NCBI GenBank assembly: GCA_033854515.1
Contig: JAWOJY010000110.1
Location: forward strand, 1 to 59,666
Length of the DNA: 59,666 nt
Reading direction: 5' to 3'
From: Nitrospirota bacterium
GTDB taxonomy: Bacteria > Nitrospirota > UBA9217
The notes below the pieces were generated by a model that saw only the letters and a list, made by a program, of their open reading frames with translations, did no database searches and was not told the DNA's origin. The translations under genes and the position numbers were made by a program. This document shows, one piece after another, positions 1 through 9,517 of the stretch (position 1 is its first letter; each line of letters begins with the position of its first letter).

Positions 1-243
1 AAAAAAGAGAAAGGGCCGCTCGATGGACTTACTATCGTAGTCACCGGGACGCTTTCGAGGCCTCGCAACGAGATCGAGGAATTGATCGAGAAAAACGGCG
101 GCCATGCTGCCGGGTCAGTCTCGAAAAAGACCAGCTATGTACTTGCTGGCGATGAGGCGGGGAGTAAACTGGAAAAGGCAAAGGCCCTTGGAGTTAAGGT
201 CATCAACGAGAAAGAACTCCATAACTTGATAGGAAATAAGTGA
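1..243 (+). CDS. ligA: NAD-dependent DNA ligase, C-terminal BRCT domain (5'-partial)
   Basis: Frame 1 reads [70 protein letters not shown]...*, the classic LigA BRCT tail. Confidence 0.92.
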   Translation, partial: KKEKGPLDGLTIVVTGTLSRPRNEIEELIEKNGGHAAGSVSKKTSYVLAGDEAGSKLEKAKALGVKVINEKELHNLIGNK

Positions 244-260
244 CACAGTATTATTTGTTA

Positions 261-292
261 TTATCCGTGTCCATCCGAGTCTATCCGTGGCT
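261..292. repeat. Three degenerate 10-mer tandem repeats (TTATCCGTGT/CCATCCGAGT/CTATCCGTGG)
   Basis: Visible period-10 ATCCG(T/A)G core between ligA and nfo. Confidence 0.75.
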
Positions 293-307
293 GATAAGAA
301 AGCAAAC

Positions 308-1147
308 ATGAAACTCGGCTTCCACGTCTCCATCTCCGGCGGCTTCGCCCTTTCCGTCCAGCGTGCCTTTGAATTGGGCTGCACTTGCATGCAGATATTC
401 AGCAGGAACCCGCGCGGCTGGATAGTGAAGCCGCTCGATGAAGACGACATAGCCGGATTCAAAAAATTTCGCGAAAAATATGATATCGCCCCCGTGTTCG
501 TCCACACCAATTACCTCATCAACCTTGCCTCGGCGCGCACCGACCTCTACGAAAAATCCATAGAGCAGTTCGTGATCGACCTCGAGCGCACCGAACATCT
601 CGGCGCGGAGTATCTGGTGACTCACCTCGGCTCTGCGAGCGGTCAGAAAGAAGAGTGGATGATCGAGCGTGTCTCGAACGCTCTGAACCTGGCAATGAAG
701 CTTCACACGCCGAAGGCGAGGGTTCTTCTCGAAAATACAGCCGGCGAGTCGGGTGATATCGGGTATACTCTTGAACAGGTCAAGGAAGTCATGTCAAAGC
801 TCACCGATTCTTCACGCATCGGCATCTGCTACGATACCTGTCATGGTTTTGCGGCCGGATACGATATTCGGACAAGAAAGGGCGTTGACGCCCTTGCGAA
901 TAAGATCGGGTCGACAATCGGGTTGAAACGACTGAAAGGGATGCATTTGAATGATTGTTTACGGGATTTCAACTCACGCATCGACCGTCATTGGCATATC
1001 GGTGAAGGCAAGATCGGGCTTGACGGATTCAAAGCATTGCTCAACCATCCTCTGTTTAAAAACATTCCCAAGATCATGGAAACGCCAAAGGAAACGGAAG
1101 AGGATGACCCGAGGAATATGAGAGTCGTAAAATCGCTGATAAAATGA
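308..1147 (+). CDS. nfo: Endonuclease IV (AP endonuclease family 2)
   Basis: GFHVSISGG, QIFSRNPR, HTNYLINLAS, LENTAG, DTCHGFAAGYD, HLND, DRHWHIGEG and METP motifs; ATG at 308 preferred over GTG at 287. Confidence 0.95.
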   Translation: MKLGFHVSISGGFALSVQRAFELGCTCMQIFSRNPRGWIVKPLDEDDIAGFKKFREKYDIAPVFVHTNYLINLASARTDLYEKSIEQFVIDLERTEHLGAEYLVTHLGSASGQKEEWMIERVSNALNLAMKLHTPKARVLLENTAGESGDIGYTLEQVKEVMSKLTDSSRIGICYDTCHGFAAGYDIRTRKGVDALANKIGSTIGLKRLKGMHLNDCLRDFNSRIDRHWHIGEGKIGLDGFKALLNHPLFKNIPKIMETPKETEEDDPRNMRVVKSLIK

Positions 1148-1176
1148 GTTATCAATGAGGTAACGGGAGGCGCCCC

Positions 1177-1635
1177 ATGAAAAAGACGACGCTAACATTT
1201 CTGCTCTGTATAATTTTTATCGCGGCCAGCCATGTCTTTGCGTCAAGTGGTGATGATATTCTCGGTGTATGGTACAACCAAGACAAGGACGCAAGAATTG
1301 AAATCTTCAAGTGCAAGGATATGTATTGCGGAAAGATTGTCTGGCTCAAAGAACCTGACTATCCTGTAGGTTCAAAAGAGGGCACGCCCGGCCAGCCCAA
1401 ACTCGATCATAGAGATCCGGATCCCTCTCTTCGGAGCCGCCAAGTTCTCGGTCTCGTGATAATGCACGATTTTAAATATGTCGGAGATAGTCTCTGGAAG
1501 GGGGGGCGTATCTACGATCCGAAAACCGGCAATACTTACCGTGGCAGGATAAAGCAGGTATCGCCGAATCAACTCGACTTGAGAGGATATGTCGGCATTT
1601 CTCTTTTTGGCCGGACTGAGGTTTGGACGAGATAA
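1177..1635 (+). CDS. DUF2147 family exported protein
   Basis: Signal peptide; GVWYN, YCGKIVWL, WKGGRIYDPKTGNTY and LRGYVGISLFGRTEVWTR motifs. Confidence 0.88.
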   Translation: MKKTTLTFLLCIIFIAASHVFASSGDDILGVWYNQDKDARIEIFKCKDMYCGKIVWLKEPDYPVGSKEGTPGQPKLDHRDPDPSLRSRQVLGLVIMHDFKYVGDSLWKGGRIYDPKTGNTYRGRIKQVSPNQLDLRGYVGISLFGRTEVWTR

Positions 1636-1875
1636 CGTCGCGGTAATGACGAATAAGGCGAGGATGTTCGATTTAGGGGCAGATCGGGAAACAGCGAACG
1701 GCTGAAAAAATACATAAAGTCAAGAAAGTTCAAAATGATGAGTCAGTGCAATCCCGTATTTCTCAGACGAAGAGCGTGTGCGGGCGCCTCTGAAATCACT
1801 CTCCTTTAAACCCGTAAACCGTCTGAAGTGCCGTAAGAAAAATATCATTTTTGATCGGAAACAAAAAGAAAAAGG

Positions 1876-1904
1876 TTGACAATACAAATATAAATGTTTA
1901 ATAT
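1876..1904 (+). promoter_or_regulatory. Sigma70-type promoter for the pgsA-like gene
   Basis: TTGACA(1876-1881)-17 nt-TAATAT(1899-1904). Confidence 0.6.
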
Positions 1905-1936
1905 AGAACAAAAATTTTGGTGGGTGACACGGACGG

Positions 1937-2485
1937 ATGAACCTTCCCAATTCTATTACCATCATCAGGGTTATCCTGATACCTTTTTTCATAAACCTGA
2001 TGATCTACGGCTATTACCGTGAGGCGCTGATCGTCTTCGTGGCGGCCGGAATAACGGATGCGCTCGACGGGGCAATTGCGAGACTCACCAAGCAGCAGAC
2101 CGAACTCGGTGCTTTTCTTGATCCCATGGCCGATAAACTTCTCATCGTATCGTCGTTTGTAACGCTGGTGTTGCTCGGCAGGCTGCCGGTGTGGCTGGTC
2201 ATTATCGTCGTGAGCAGAGATGTGATTCTTGCTTTCGGAGCGCTGATAATCTATGTCACTATGCACGATCTCAGGGTCAAGCCGTCTTTCATAGGAAAGA
2301 CCACGACACTGCTGCAGTTGATCGTTATAACACTATCGCTGGTATTAATAAATTATGATACAGATTATGATGGGGAACTCGGCTTGATGTTGATCCTCCA
2401 ATGGGCCACCGCGCTCGTTACAATTGCTTCGGGAGTTCAATATGTGCTTCGCGGGATGAAACTGGTGGGGGATGGCTCGAAATAA
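1937..2485 (+). CDS. pgsA: CDP-alcohol phosphatidyltransferase (PgsA-like)
   Basis: NLPNSITIIR start and the D-x2-DG-x2-AR-x8-G-x3-D-x3-D motif (DALDGAIARLTKQQTELGAFLDPMADK); hydrophobic. Confidence 0.8.
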   Translation: MNLPNSITIIRVILIPFFINLMIYGYYREALIVFVAAGITDALDGAIARLTKQQTELGAFLDPMADKLLIVSSFVTLVLLGRLPVWLVIIVVSRDVILAFGALIIYVTMHDLRVKPSFIGKTTTLLQLIVITLSLVLINYDTDYDGELGLMLILQWATALVTIASGVQYVLRGMKLVGDGSK

Positions 2486-2560
2486 AAGAAAACGCAAATA
2501 GAATCGGACGCATCATGAGCTATCATGCATTACGATGAATACTGAAATCATACAACTACT

Positions 2561-3010
2561 ATGGAGGCTTCTCTAATGAAAATTTCTGAGATGATCAGGC
2601 AGGCGCTCGAGAAGAAAGGATTCAGGAACCTGAAAGACGCATCAAAAGTGCTCGGTATCAGTCCGGAACTTCTCCGGGTCACGATCAATAAAGGACATAT
2701 TCCAAAAGACAAGACTCTGATCATGATCGCAAACAAACTCGGTCTCGACAAGTCCGTGCTGATTCTTGCAGCACACCAGGAAAAGGTCCCGGCGGAGGTC
2801 AAGGGATTTTTCCTGTCGCCTTCGCAGGCCAAATTCAGACGGGGGAAAAGAAAATATCCGTTGTCGGAAGAACAGATCAATTACCTTGATAAAATACTGA
2901 CCGTCGATGAAATAATGATGCTTCGGAAATATCGACAGGTCACCGATGAAGCAAGGACGCAGATAGCAGGATACGTTGATTTTATGTTCGCGTCCAAGAG
3001 GAGTAATTGA
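2561..3010 (+). CDS. XRE-like helix-turn-helix protein (putative regulator); start may be ATG 2576
   Basis: N-terminal HTH pattern (LKDASKVLGISPELL...IANKLGL) and a repressor-like tail (EIMMLRKYRQVTDEARTQIAGYVDF). Confidence 0.65.
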   Translation: MEASLMKISEMIRQALEKKGFRNLKDASKVLGISPELLRVTINKGHIPKDKTLIMIANKLGLDKSVLILAAHQEKVPAEVKGFFLSPSQAKFRRGKRKYPLSEEQINYLDKILTVDEIMMLRKYRQVTDEARTQIAGYVDFMFASKRSN

Positions 3011-4288
3011 TTGCTAGAAATCGTTCGTGTGCTGCCCGGGCGACTGGCTCAAGGGATCGGATTGGAGCGGGGAGACACCGTCATTTCCGTTAACGAGAGA
3101 CAAATCCGCGATGTAATAGATTTCAAATTTTTCACCGCCGACGAGCATCTCGATGTTGCGGTAAAAAAGAAATCCGGAAAAGTAGTGAAAATCCGTATCA
3201 GCAAACCTGTTGACGAAGACCTTGGTGTGGAGCTGGCCCAGCTCCAGATCAAGCGGTGCCGTAACCACTGTATTTTTTGTTTCGTGGATCAGATGCCGAA
3301 AGAATGCCGCAGGAGTCTCTACGTCAAAGACGATGATTTCCGGGCTTCTTTTCTCTACGGCAACTATATCACTCTTGGCTCTCTTACCGATGACGATCGT
3401 CGGAGAATTGCGGAGCAGAGACTGAGTCCTCTCTACGTTTCCGTCCACAGCACCGACCCCGAGCTTCGAGCATTCATGCTTGGAAACAAAAAGGTGCCAG
3501 CTATCATGGCCGAGTTGAAATACCTGGTCGAGTCGGGCGTCACGGTCCATACTCAAATCGTCCTGTGTCCGGGAATTAACGACGGCCCGCAGCTCGAAAA
3601 GACCATTGAAGATCTTGCCGGACTCTTCCCCGCAGTATCTTCTATCGCGGCCGTTCCCGTCGGACTTACAAGGCAGAGAAAAGGCTTGTTCCCCCTCAGG
3701 GGCTTTACAAAACGCGAGGCTCGGGCCGTGGTGGGCCTTATCAAACCATTTCAGAAACGGTTTAAAAAACAGTTCGGTACAAGGCTGGTATTCGCTTCAG
3801 ACGAATTTTATATCAAGGCAGGCGAGTCGATTCCCTCGCCATCGTTTTATGAAGGTCTTCCCCAGGTAGAAAACGGCGTGGGTATGGTCGCGGACTTTAT
3901 GCGTGAAGTCTCGCGCACAAGATTGCCTGCGCGTCTCAGGCCTCAAAAAGTATCGGTAGTTACCGGCGTATCGTTCAGCCGCATATTAAAGAATGTTTTG
4001 AAACGATTTGAGTCGGTTGAGGGCGCCTCCATCCGGCAGATAACCGTGAAGAACAGATTCTTCGGCCCGTCCGTTACGGTAGCCGGTCTTTTGACGGGAG
4101 CCGATATAGTTCATGCATTGAAAGGAAAGCAACTCGGCGACATGGTCATGATTCCGCAGAATGCTTTGAGAGAGGACGAAAACATTTTTATAGATGATAT
4201 GAGCTTGGACCGCTTGGGTAGGGACCTCGAGGTAAAGGTCGTGAGCGTATCAGGTTTCCGGGACATGGTTTCGCTGCTGAGCAGATAG
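3011..4288 (+). CDS. DUF512 family PDZ + radical-SAM-like Fe-S protein
   Basis: N-terminal PDZ-like segment, CxxxCxxC (CRNHCIFC), KDDDFRASFLYGNYITL, LSPLYVSVH, ENGVG; TTG start abuts the upstream stop. Confidence 0.88.
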   Translation: MLEIVRVLPGRLAQGIGLERGDTVISVNERQIRDVIDFKFFTADEHLDVAVKKKSGKVVKIRISKPVDEDLGVELAQLQIKRCRNHCIFCFVDQMPKECRRSLYVKDDDFRASFLYGNYITLGSLTDDDRRRIAEQRLSPLYVSVHSTDPELRAFMLGNKKVPAIMAELKYLVESGVTVHTQIVLCPGINDGPQLEKTIEDLAGLFPAVSSIAAVPVGLTRQRKGLFPLRGFTKREARAVVGLIKPFQKRFKKQFGTRLVFASDEFYIKAGESIPSPSFYEGLPQVENGVGMVADFMREVSRTRLPARLRPQKVSVVTGVSFSRILKNVLKRFESVEGASIRQITVKNRFFGPSVTVAGLLTGADIVHALKGKQLGDMVMIPQNALREDENIFIDDMSLDRLGRDLEVKVVSVSGFRDMVSLLSR

Positions 4289-4310
4289 AGCGCGAGAGGA
4301 GGCTTGCAAG

Positions 4311-5219
4311 GTGAAGTCGTGGATTTCAGGAAAGACGAAAATTTTTGGCATTTTCGGATATCCGGTGGAGCACACCTTTTCTCCGGGAATGCACAATGCC
4401 GCATTTAAAAAGCTCGGCATGGACGCCTGCTATGTACCGTTTGCCGTTCATCCCGACCGGCTGGGTGACGCAGTGAGGGCCGTCCGTTCGCTCAACCTTC
4501 AGGGCATGAATGTTACCGTGCCTCACAAAGAGAAAATCATCCCCTATCTAGATGAACTTTCCGAAGAGGCGCGGCTCATCGGTGCGGTGAATACGATTGA
4601 GGTGCAGGCTGACAGACTCATAGGTCATAATACCGACGGACGTGGCTTTCTCCGTTCACTTAAACTTGATGCCCGTTTTAATCCGACGGGAAAGACATTT
4701 CTGATCATAGGCTCAGGCGGGGCAGGACGCGCAGTAGGGTTCAGCCTCGGACTTGCGAAGGCAGCCAGAATTTTTATTCGTGATTCCGACGGGCCGAAGG
4801 CCGATGCCCTGGCTGAAGATATACGGCAAAAAACAGGCTCGTCCGCGGAATCAATCAGCGAAGAATCACTCTCAGGATGCGTTTCCGACGTCGCTTGCGT
4901 GATAAACGCCACGCCGCTCGGTTTGAAGAAAGGCGATCCCCTCCCTGTGGATATACAGCATATACAAAAAGACCAGCTTGTATGTGATCTCGTATACAAT
5001 CCTCCGGAAACTCCGTTTCTGCGCGCTGCAAAGAAAAAAGGGGCGCGATGCCTGAAAGGCATCGGCATGCTGCTCTATCAGGGAGCAATCGCATTCGAAA
5101 TTTGGACCGGAAAGAAGGCGCCGGTATCGGTCATGAAAACTGCGCTTTCCCGGCAGATTGCCGCTGGTTGTGATTTAAATCACACAATGGGCAAACGTGA
5201 ACAGCAGGGTCAGTCTTGA
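4311..5219 (+). CDS. aroE: Shikimate dehydrogenase
   Basis: GYPVEHTFSPGMHN, NVTVPHKE, GAVNT, NTDGRGF, GSGGAG, NATPLG, DLVYNP and GMLLYQG motifs. Confidence 0.95.
   Translation: MKSWISGKTKIFGIFGYPVEHTFSPGMHNAAFKKLGMDACYVPFAVHPDRLGDAVRAVRSLNLQGMNVTVPHKEKIIPYLDELSEEARLIGAVNTIEVQADRLIGHNTDGRGFLRSLKLDARFNPTGKTFLIIGSGGAGRAVGFSLGLAKAARIFIRDSDGPKADALAEDIRQKTGSSAESISEESLSGCVSDVACVINATPLGLKKGDPLPVDIQHIQKDQLVCDLVYNPPETPFLRAAKKKGARCLKGIGMLLYQGAIAFEIWTGKKAPVSVMKTALSRQIAAGCDLNHTMGKREQQGQS
5169..5184. promoter_or_regulatory. Perfect CRP/FNR-family-type palindrome TGTGA-TTTAAA-TCACA upstream of the pilB promoter
   Basis: Exact TGTGA-N6-TCACA match, fully palindromic over 16 bp, 32 nt upstream of a TTGACA -35. 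Confidence 0.65.
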
Positions 5220-5244
5220 CACAAAGTGGGTATTCAAGTAATAT
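5216..5244 (+). promoter_or_regulatory. Sigma70-type promoter of the pilB operon
   Basis: TTGACA(5216-5221, containing the aroE stop)-17 nt-TAATAT(5239-5244). Confidence 0.65.
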
Positions 5245-5295
5245 TAAAGTGTTGCATTTTTACCGAACCTTATTTTAGTCAAGGAGCGTCGTATT

Positions 5296-7011
5296 ATGGC
5301 AATGGCTATGGCGGGCAGGCTTGGAGCGATGCTTGTGTCTTCGGGCCTTATCACGGAGGATCAGCTTAAAAAAGCACTTGCCGCACAGCAAAGGGAAGGC
5401 GGCAGGCTTGGCTCCATCCTGGTAAAAATGAACTTTGTCCAGGAAGAAAAGTTGATGATGTTCCTCAGTAAACAGTATGGCGTGCCGTATGTTGATCTGT
5501 CCCGTTTTCAAGTCGACACCAACATCGCAAAGCTGATACCCGCCGACGTTGCACAGAAATACCAGATCATGCCCATAAACCGCACCGGTGCTACAATCAC
5601 CATCGCGATGGTTGACCCTTCTAATGTCTTTGCCATCGACGACGTGAAGTTCATGACCGGTTATAATGTGGAGCCGGTCGTCGCCACCGAGGCGGGTATT
5701 AAAAATGCCATAAACAAATACTACAGCCTCACCTCGGCGATCGAAAAGGTAATGACCTCTATCGCGGAGGAAGATAAAGCCGTCGGCGTCATCCACGAAG
5801 AAGAAGAAAAACTGGACGTGGCCAAGCTCAAGGCGGAGGTGGAGGATGCACCGGTCGTAAAACTCGTCAACCTGATTCTGTCGGACGCTGTTCAAAAAGG
5901 CGCCAGCGACATCCATGTTGAAGCTTATGAGAAATCGTTCAGGGTCCGATATCGTATTGACGGTTCACTCTATGAAGTAATGTCACCGCCGATGAAACTT
6001 CGTGCCGCCCTTACGTCGAGGCTCAAGATCATGGCTGAACTCGATATCGCCGAACGCCGGCTTCCACAGGACGGGAGAATCAAGCTTAAGATCAAGGACA
6101 GGGAAGTCGATCTTCGTGTCTCTACGCTGCCCTGCCTGTTCGGCGAAAAGATCGTGATGCGTATTCTCGACAAGGGGAACCTGAAGCTCGATCTGACCCA
6201 GTCCGGATTCGAGCCCGCGGCTCTCAAAGAGTTCATGGATGCCATTACCTCTCCCTACGGCATGGTCCTGGTGACGGGTCCGACAGGGAGCGGCAAAACA
6301 ACGACACTGTATTCCGCGCTTCAGCACGTCAATACAATCGACGTCAACATAATGACCGCAGAAGACCCTGTCGAGTACAACCTCACGGGCATTAATCAGG
6401 TCCAGATGAAAGATGACATCGGACTTAATTTCGCTGCTGCGCTCCGTTCATTCCTGCGTCAAGACCCGGATATTGTGATGGTGGGAGAGATCCGCGACTA
6501 CGAAACAGCCGAGATCGGAGTCAAAGCGGCCCTCACCGGACATCTTGTGCTTTCTACCCTCCATACCAATGATGCACCGAGCACTATTAACCGTCTGCTC
6601 AACATGGGGGTCGAACCGTTCATGGTTGCGGCTTCCGTTATTCTTATCCTCGCGCAGAGGCTTGTCCGCCGGGTTTGCCAGAACTGCAAAAAGCCGGAAA
6701 AAATACCGACACAGACACTCGTGGACGCAGGTTTCAGCAAGGAAGACGCGTCGACCGTTGTATGTTACAAAGGCGAGGGCTGCAACGCCTGTAATAATAC
6801 GGGCTATAGAGGCCGGGTTGCTCTTTATGAGGTAATGCCGATTAATGACGAGATCAAAGAGCTCATCTTGCAGGGTGCATCCGCATTGGACATCAAGAAA
6901 ACGGCGATCAAACTCGGCATGAAGACACTTCGGATGAGCGGCCTCACCAAGGTCAAAGAGGGACTGACATCCCTCGAGGAAGTCGTCGGAACAACATTCA
7001 GCGATCGATAA
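5296..7011 (+). CDS. pilB: Type IVa pilus assembly ATPase PilB with an N-terminal MshEN-type domain
   Basis: RLGxxLxxxGLI...QL..AL..Q repeat, SDIHVE, AERRLPQDG, GPTGSGKTT, LRQDPD, TGHLVLSTLHTN and a CxxC-CxxC zinc motif. Confidence 0.96.
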   Translation: MAMAMAGRLGAMLVSSGLITEDQLKKALAAQQREGGRLGSILVKMNFVQEEKLMMFLSKQYGVPYVDLSRFQVDTNIAKLIPADVAQKYQIMPINRTGATITIAMVDPSNVFAIDDVKFMTGYNVEPVVATEAGIKNAINKYYSLTSAIEKVMTSIAEEDKAVGVIHEEEEKLDVAKLKAEVEDAPVVKLVNLILSDAVQKGASDIHVEAYEKSFRVRYRIDGSLYEVMSPPMKLRAALTSRLKIMAELDIAERRLPQDGRIKLKIKDREVDLRVSTLPCLFGEKIVMRILDKGNLKLDLTQSGFEPAALKEFMDAITSPYGMVLVTGPTGSGKTTTLYSALQHVNTIDVNIMTAEDPVEYNLTGINQVQMKDDIGLNFAAALRSFLRQDPDIVMVGEIRDYETAEIGVKAALTGHLVLSTLHTNDAPSTINRLLNMGVEPFMVAASVILILAQRLVRRVCQNCKKPEKIPTQTLVDAGFSKEDASTVVCYKGEGCNACNNTGYRGRVALYEVMPINDEIKELILQGASALDIKKTAIKLGMKTLRMSGLTKVKEGLTSLEEVVGTTFSDR

Positions 7012-7106
7012 AATATAGATCGTCATAAAATATCCTTAGTATAACGCCGCATGAGCGCAGCCACGTGTTTGATAAAAGTCTGTATTTACCGGAGGAGGAG
7101 TTTTGA

Positions 7107-8210
7107 ATGGCAAACCTGCATGACCTGCTTAAATACATGATCGAAAAAGGCGCCTCAGACCTTCATATCACAACCGGCATTCCTCCCTCAATCCGCGTCG
7201 ACGGTAAAATGAAACCTATCCCCGGTTTGGAACCGCTCACCGCTACCCAGACAAAGGACCTCTGTTACAGCATCCTGACCGATGCACAGAAACATAAATT
7301 CGAGGAGAACAACGAACTCGACCTCTCCTTCGGAGTCAAAAATCTTTCACGGTTCCGCGCCAATATCTTCGTACAGCGCGGTGCAGTTGGTGCGGCGATC
7401 AGGACTATTCCTTTCAAAATAAGGACTTTCCAGGAGCTTGGACTTCCGGAAATCGTGTCTGACTTGTGTAAAAAGCCGCGGGGACTTATCCTTGTAACGG
7501 GACCCACGGGCAGCGGCAAATCCACTACGCTGGCGTCAATGATTGACAAGATCAATTCAGAACGGCAGGAACACATCATTACGATTGAAGATCCCATTGA
7601 GTACCTGCATCCCCATAAGAAGTGTCTCGTCAACCAGCGCGAAGTCAATGCAGACACCAAATCCTTCAAAGACGCGTTAAAGTACATTTTGCGACAGGAC
7701 CCGGATGTAGTGCTCATCGGCGAGATGAGAGATCTCGAAACAATCGAAGCTGCGCTCACCATAGCTGAAACCGGTCACCTCACCTTTGCCACTCTCCATA
7801 CCAATTCTGCGGCGCAGACGATGAATCGTATTATTGATGTTTTTCCGCCCCATCAACAGTCACAGGTCAGGGCCCAGCTTTCTTTCGTGCTCGAAGGCGT
7901 TCTTTCGCAGACACTCATACCGAAAATCGGCGGCGGCAGGGTACTGGCGCTGGAGATCATGATTCCGAACTCGGCCATCCGCAATCTGATTCGTGAAGAT
8001 AAGATCCACCAGATATACTCAATTATGCAGACCGGACAGGCGAAATTCGGCATGCAGACGTTGAACCAGAATTTGTATGAACTGTACGTCAAAAGACAGA
8101 TATCTTACGAAGATTGCATCGGACGGTCCTCAAATGCTGAAGAACTGGTTCAAATGCTGGGCCGCTCCGGTCTGGCCACTGCTCAGATGACGACGAAAGA
8201 GTATCGATAA
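7107..8210 (+). CDS. pilT: Type IV pilus retraction ATPase PilT
   Basis: GASDLHI, GPTGSGKSTT, EDPIE, AETGHL and the AIRNLIRE motif; strong SD GGAGGAGG. Confidence 0.96.
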   Translation: MANLHDLLKYMIEKGASDLHITTGIPPSIRVDGKMKPIPGLEPLTATQTKDLCYSILTDAQKHKFEENNELDLSFGVKNLSRFRANIFVQRGAVGAAIRTIPFKIRTFQELGLPEIVSDLCKKPRGLILVTGPTGSGKSTTLASMIDKINSERQEHIITIEDPIEYLHPHKKCLVNQREVNADTKSFKDALKYILRQDPDVVLIGEMRDLETIEAALTIAETGHLTFATLHTNSAAQTMNRIIDVFPPHQQSQVRAQLSFVLEGVLSQTLIPKIGGGRVLALEIMIPNSAIRNLIREDKIHQIYSIMQTGQAKFGMQTLNQNLYELYVKRQISYEDCIGRSSNAEELVQMLGRSGLATAQMTTKEYR

Positions 8211-8308
8211 CTATTGTCAAGTCTTTTGTGCTCTAATCAGGACGATATCATTCGAAGTGATGTGCAGCTCTGGAGGCTGCAAGCTATAAACTGTACCCGA
8301 GGTGAATC

Positions 8309-9517
8309 ATGGCGACAACTGTATTTAAATGGGAAGGTAAAACACGGCAGGGAGGAATTCAAAAAGGCGAACTTGCCGCGAAGAGCAAGGAAGAGGTTAT
8401 CTCCTTGCTTCGCAAGCAGAATATCCTGCCCGTAAACGTATCCGCAAAACCAAAAGAAATTAGTATTCAATTCGGCACCGGAATCACCGATAAGGATATC
8501 GTTATCTTAACGCGCCAGCTCGCCACGATGATCGATGCCGGTTTGCCGCTCGTTCAATGCCTCGAGATTCTCGGCACGCAGACGGAGAACAAGTTTCTCG
8601 CGAAGGTTGTTACCCAAGTGAGATCCGATGTCGAAAGCGGGTCGACATTTGCAGAAGCGCTAAAAAAACATCCCAAAGTCTTTAATGATCTTTACGTCAA
8701 CATGGTAGCGGCAGGCGAGGCAGGAGGTATTCTGGACACGATTCTTCAGAGGCTTGCTACGTATATGGAAAAGTTTGCCAAGATCAAAAAACAGATTAAA
8801 TCCGCGATGATCTATCCTTCGATCATTGTTTTTGTCGCGGTGGTTGTCGTGGCCATATTGATGGTGGTCGTGGTGCCCATGCTAGCCAACATGTTTGCAG
8901 AGATGGGAGGAAGCCTCCCGCTTCCGACAAGAATCGTTATTGCACTGAGCCACTTTCTTTCTGGCTGGGGTGGAGCAATCTTGGGGCTTTCCATTATCAT
9001 TTTTATCGTGGGACTAGTGCAGTGGCGAAAGACGCTACAGGGGAAAAAAATTACCGATGCCATAGCCCTGAAAATACCCGTTGTGGGAGTGTTGATACAA
9101 AAAGTGTCGGTGGCGAAATTTACGCGCACCCTCGGAACGCTGATTTCAAGCGGCGTGCCGATTCTGGAAGGACTCCTTATCGTCGCCCGTACGGCAGGGA
9201 ATAAGATTGTTGAAGACGCCATATTGACCACCCGCCAGAGCGTGAGCGAAGGAAAGACCCTCGCTGAACCGCTCAGCAAAGCGAAGGTATTTCCCCCCAT
9301 GGTTACCCAAATGATCTCGGTTGGCGAGGCGACCGGCGCGCTAGACAACATGCTCGGCAAAATCGCCGACTTCTATGACGAAGAGGTCGACTCGGCTGTC
9401 GCGGCCCTGACCTCTATGCTCGAGCCTATGCTCATGATCTTCCTTGGGACCACTGTCGGATTCGTCATCGTAGCTATGTACATGCCCATCTTCCAGATGG
9501 GATCGATGATAAAATAA
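8309..9517 (+). CDS. pilC: Type IV pilus platform protein PilC (T2SS F family)
   Basis: TRQLATMIDAGLPL, GEAGGILD, YP, GEATGALD and LEPMLM motifs; follows pilT. Confidence 0.94.
   Translation: MATTVFKWEGKTRQGGIQKGELAAKSKEEVISLLRKQNILPVNVSAKPKEISIQFGTGITDKDIVILTRQLATMIDAGLPLVQCLEILGTQTENKFLAKVVTQVRSDVESGSTFAEALKKHPKVFNDLYVNMVAAGEAGGILDTILQRLATYMEKFAKIKKQIKSAMIYPSIIVFVAVVVVAILMVVVVPMLANMFAEMGGSLPLPTRIVIALSHFLSGWGGAILGLSIIIFIVGLVQWRKTLQGKKITDAIALKIPVVGVLIQKVSVAKFTRTLGTLISSGVPILEGLLIVARTAGNKIVEDAILTTRQSVSEGKTLAEPLSKAKVFPPMVTQMISVGEATGALDNMLGKIADFYDEEVDSAVAALTSMLEPMLMIFLGTTVGFVIVAMYMPIFQMGSMIK

Noticed and set aside
2508-2550. GCATCAT/ATCATGCAT cluster as another heptamer element
   Set aside because: Too short and degenerate to separate from chance
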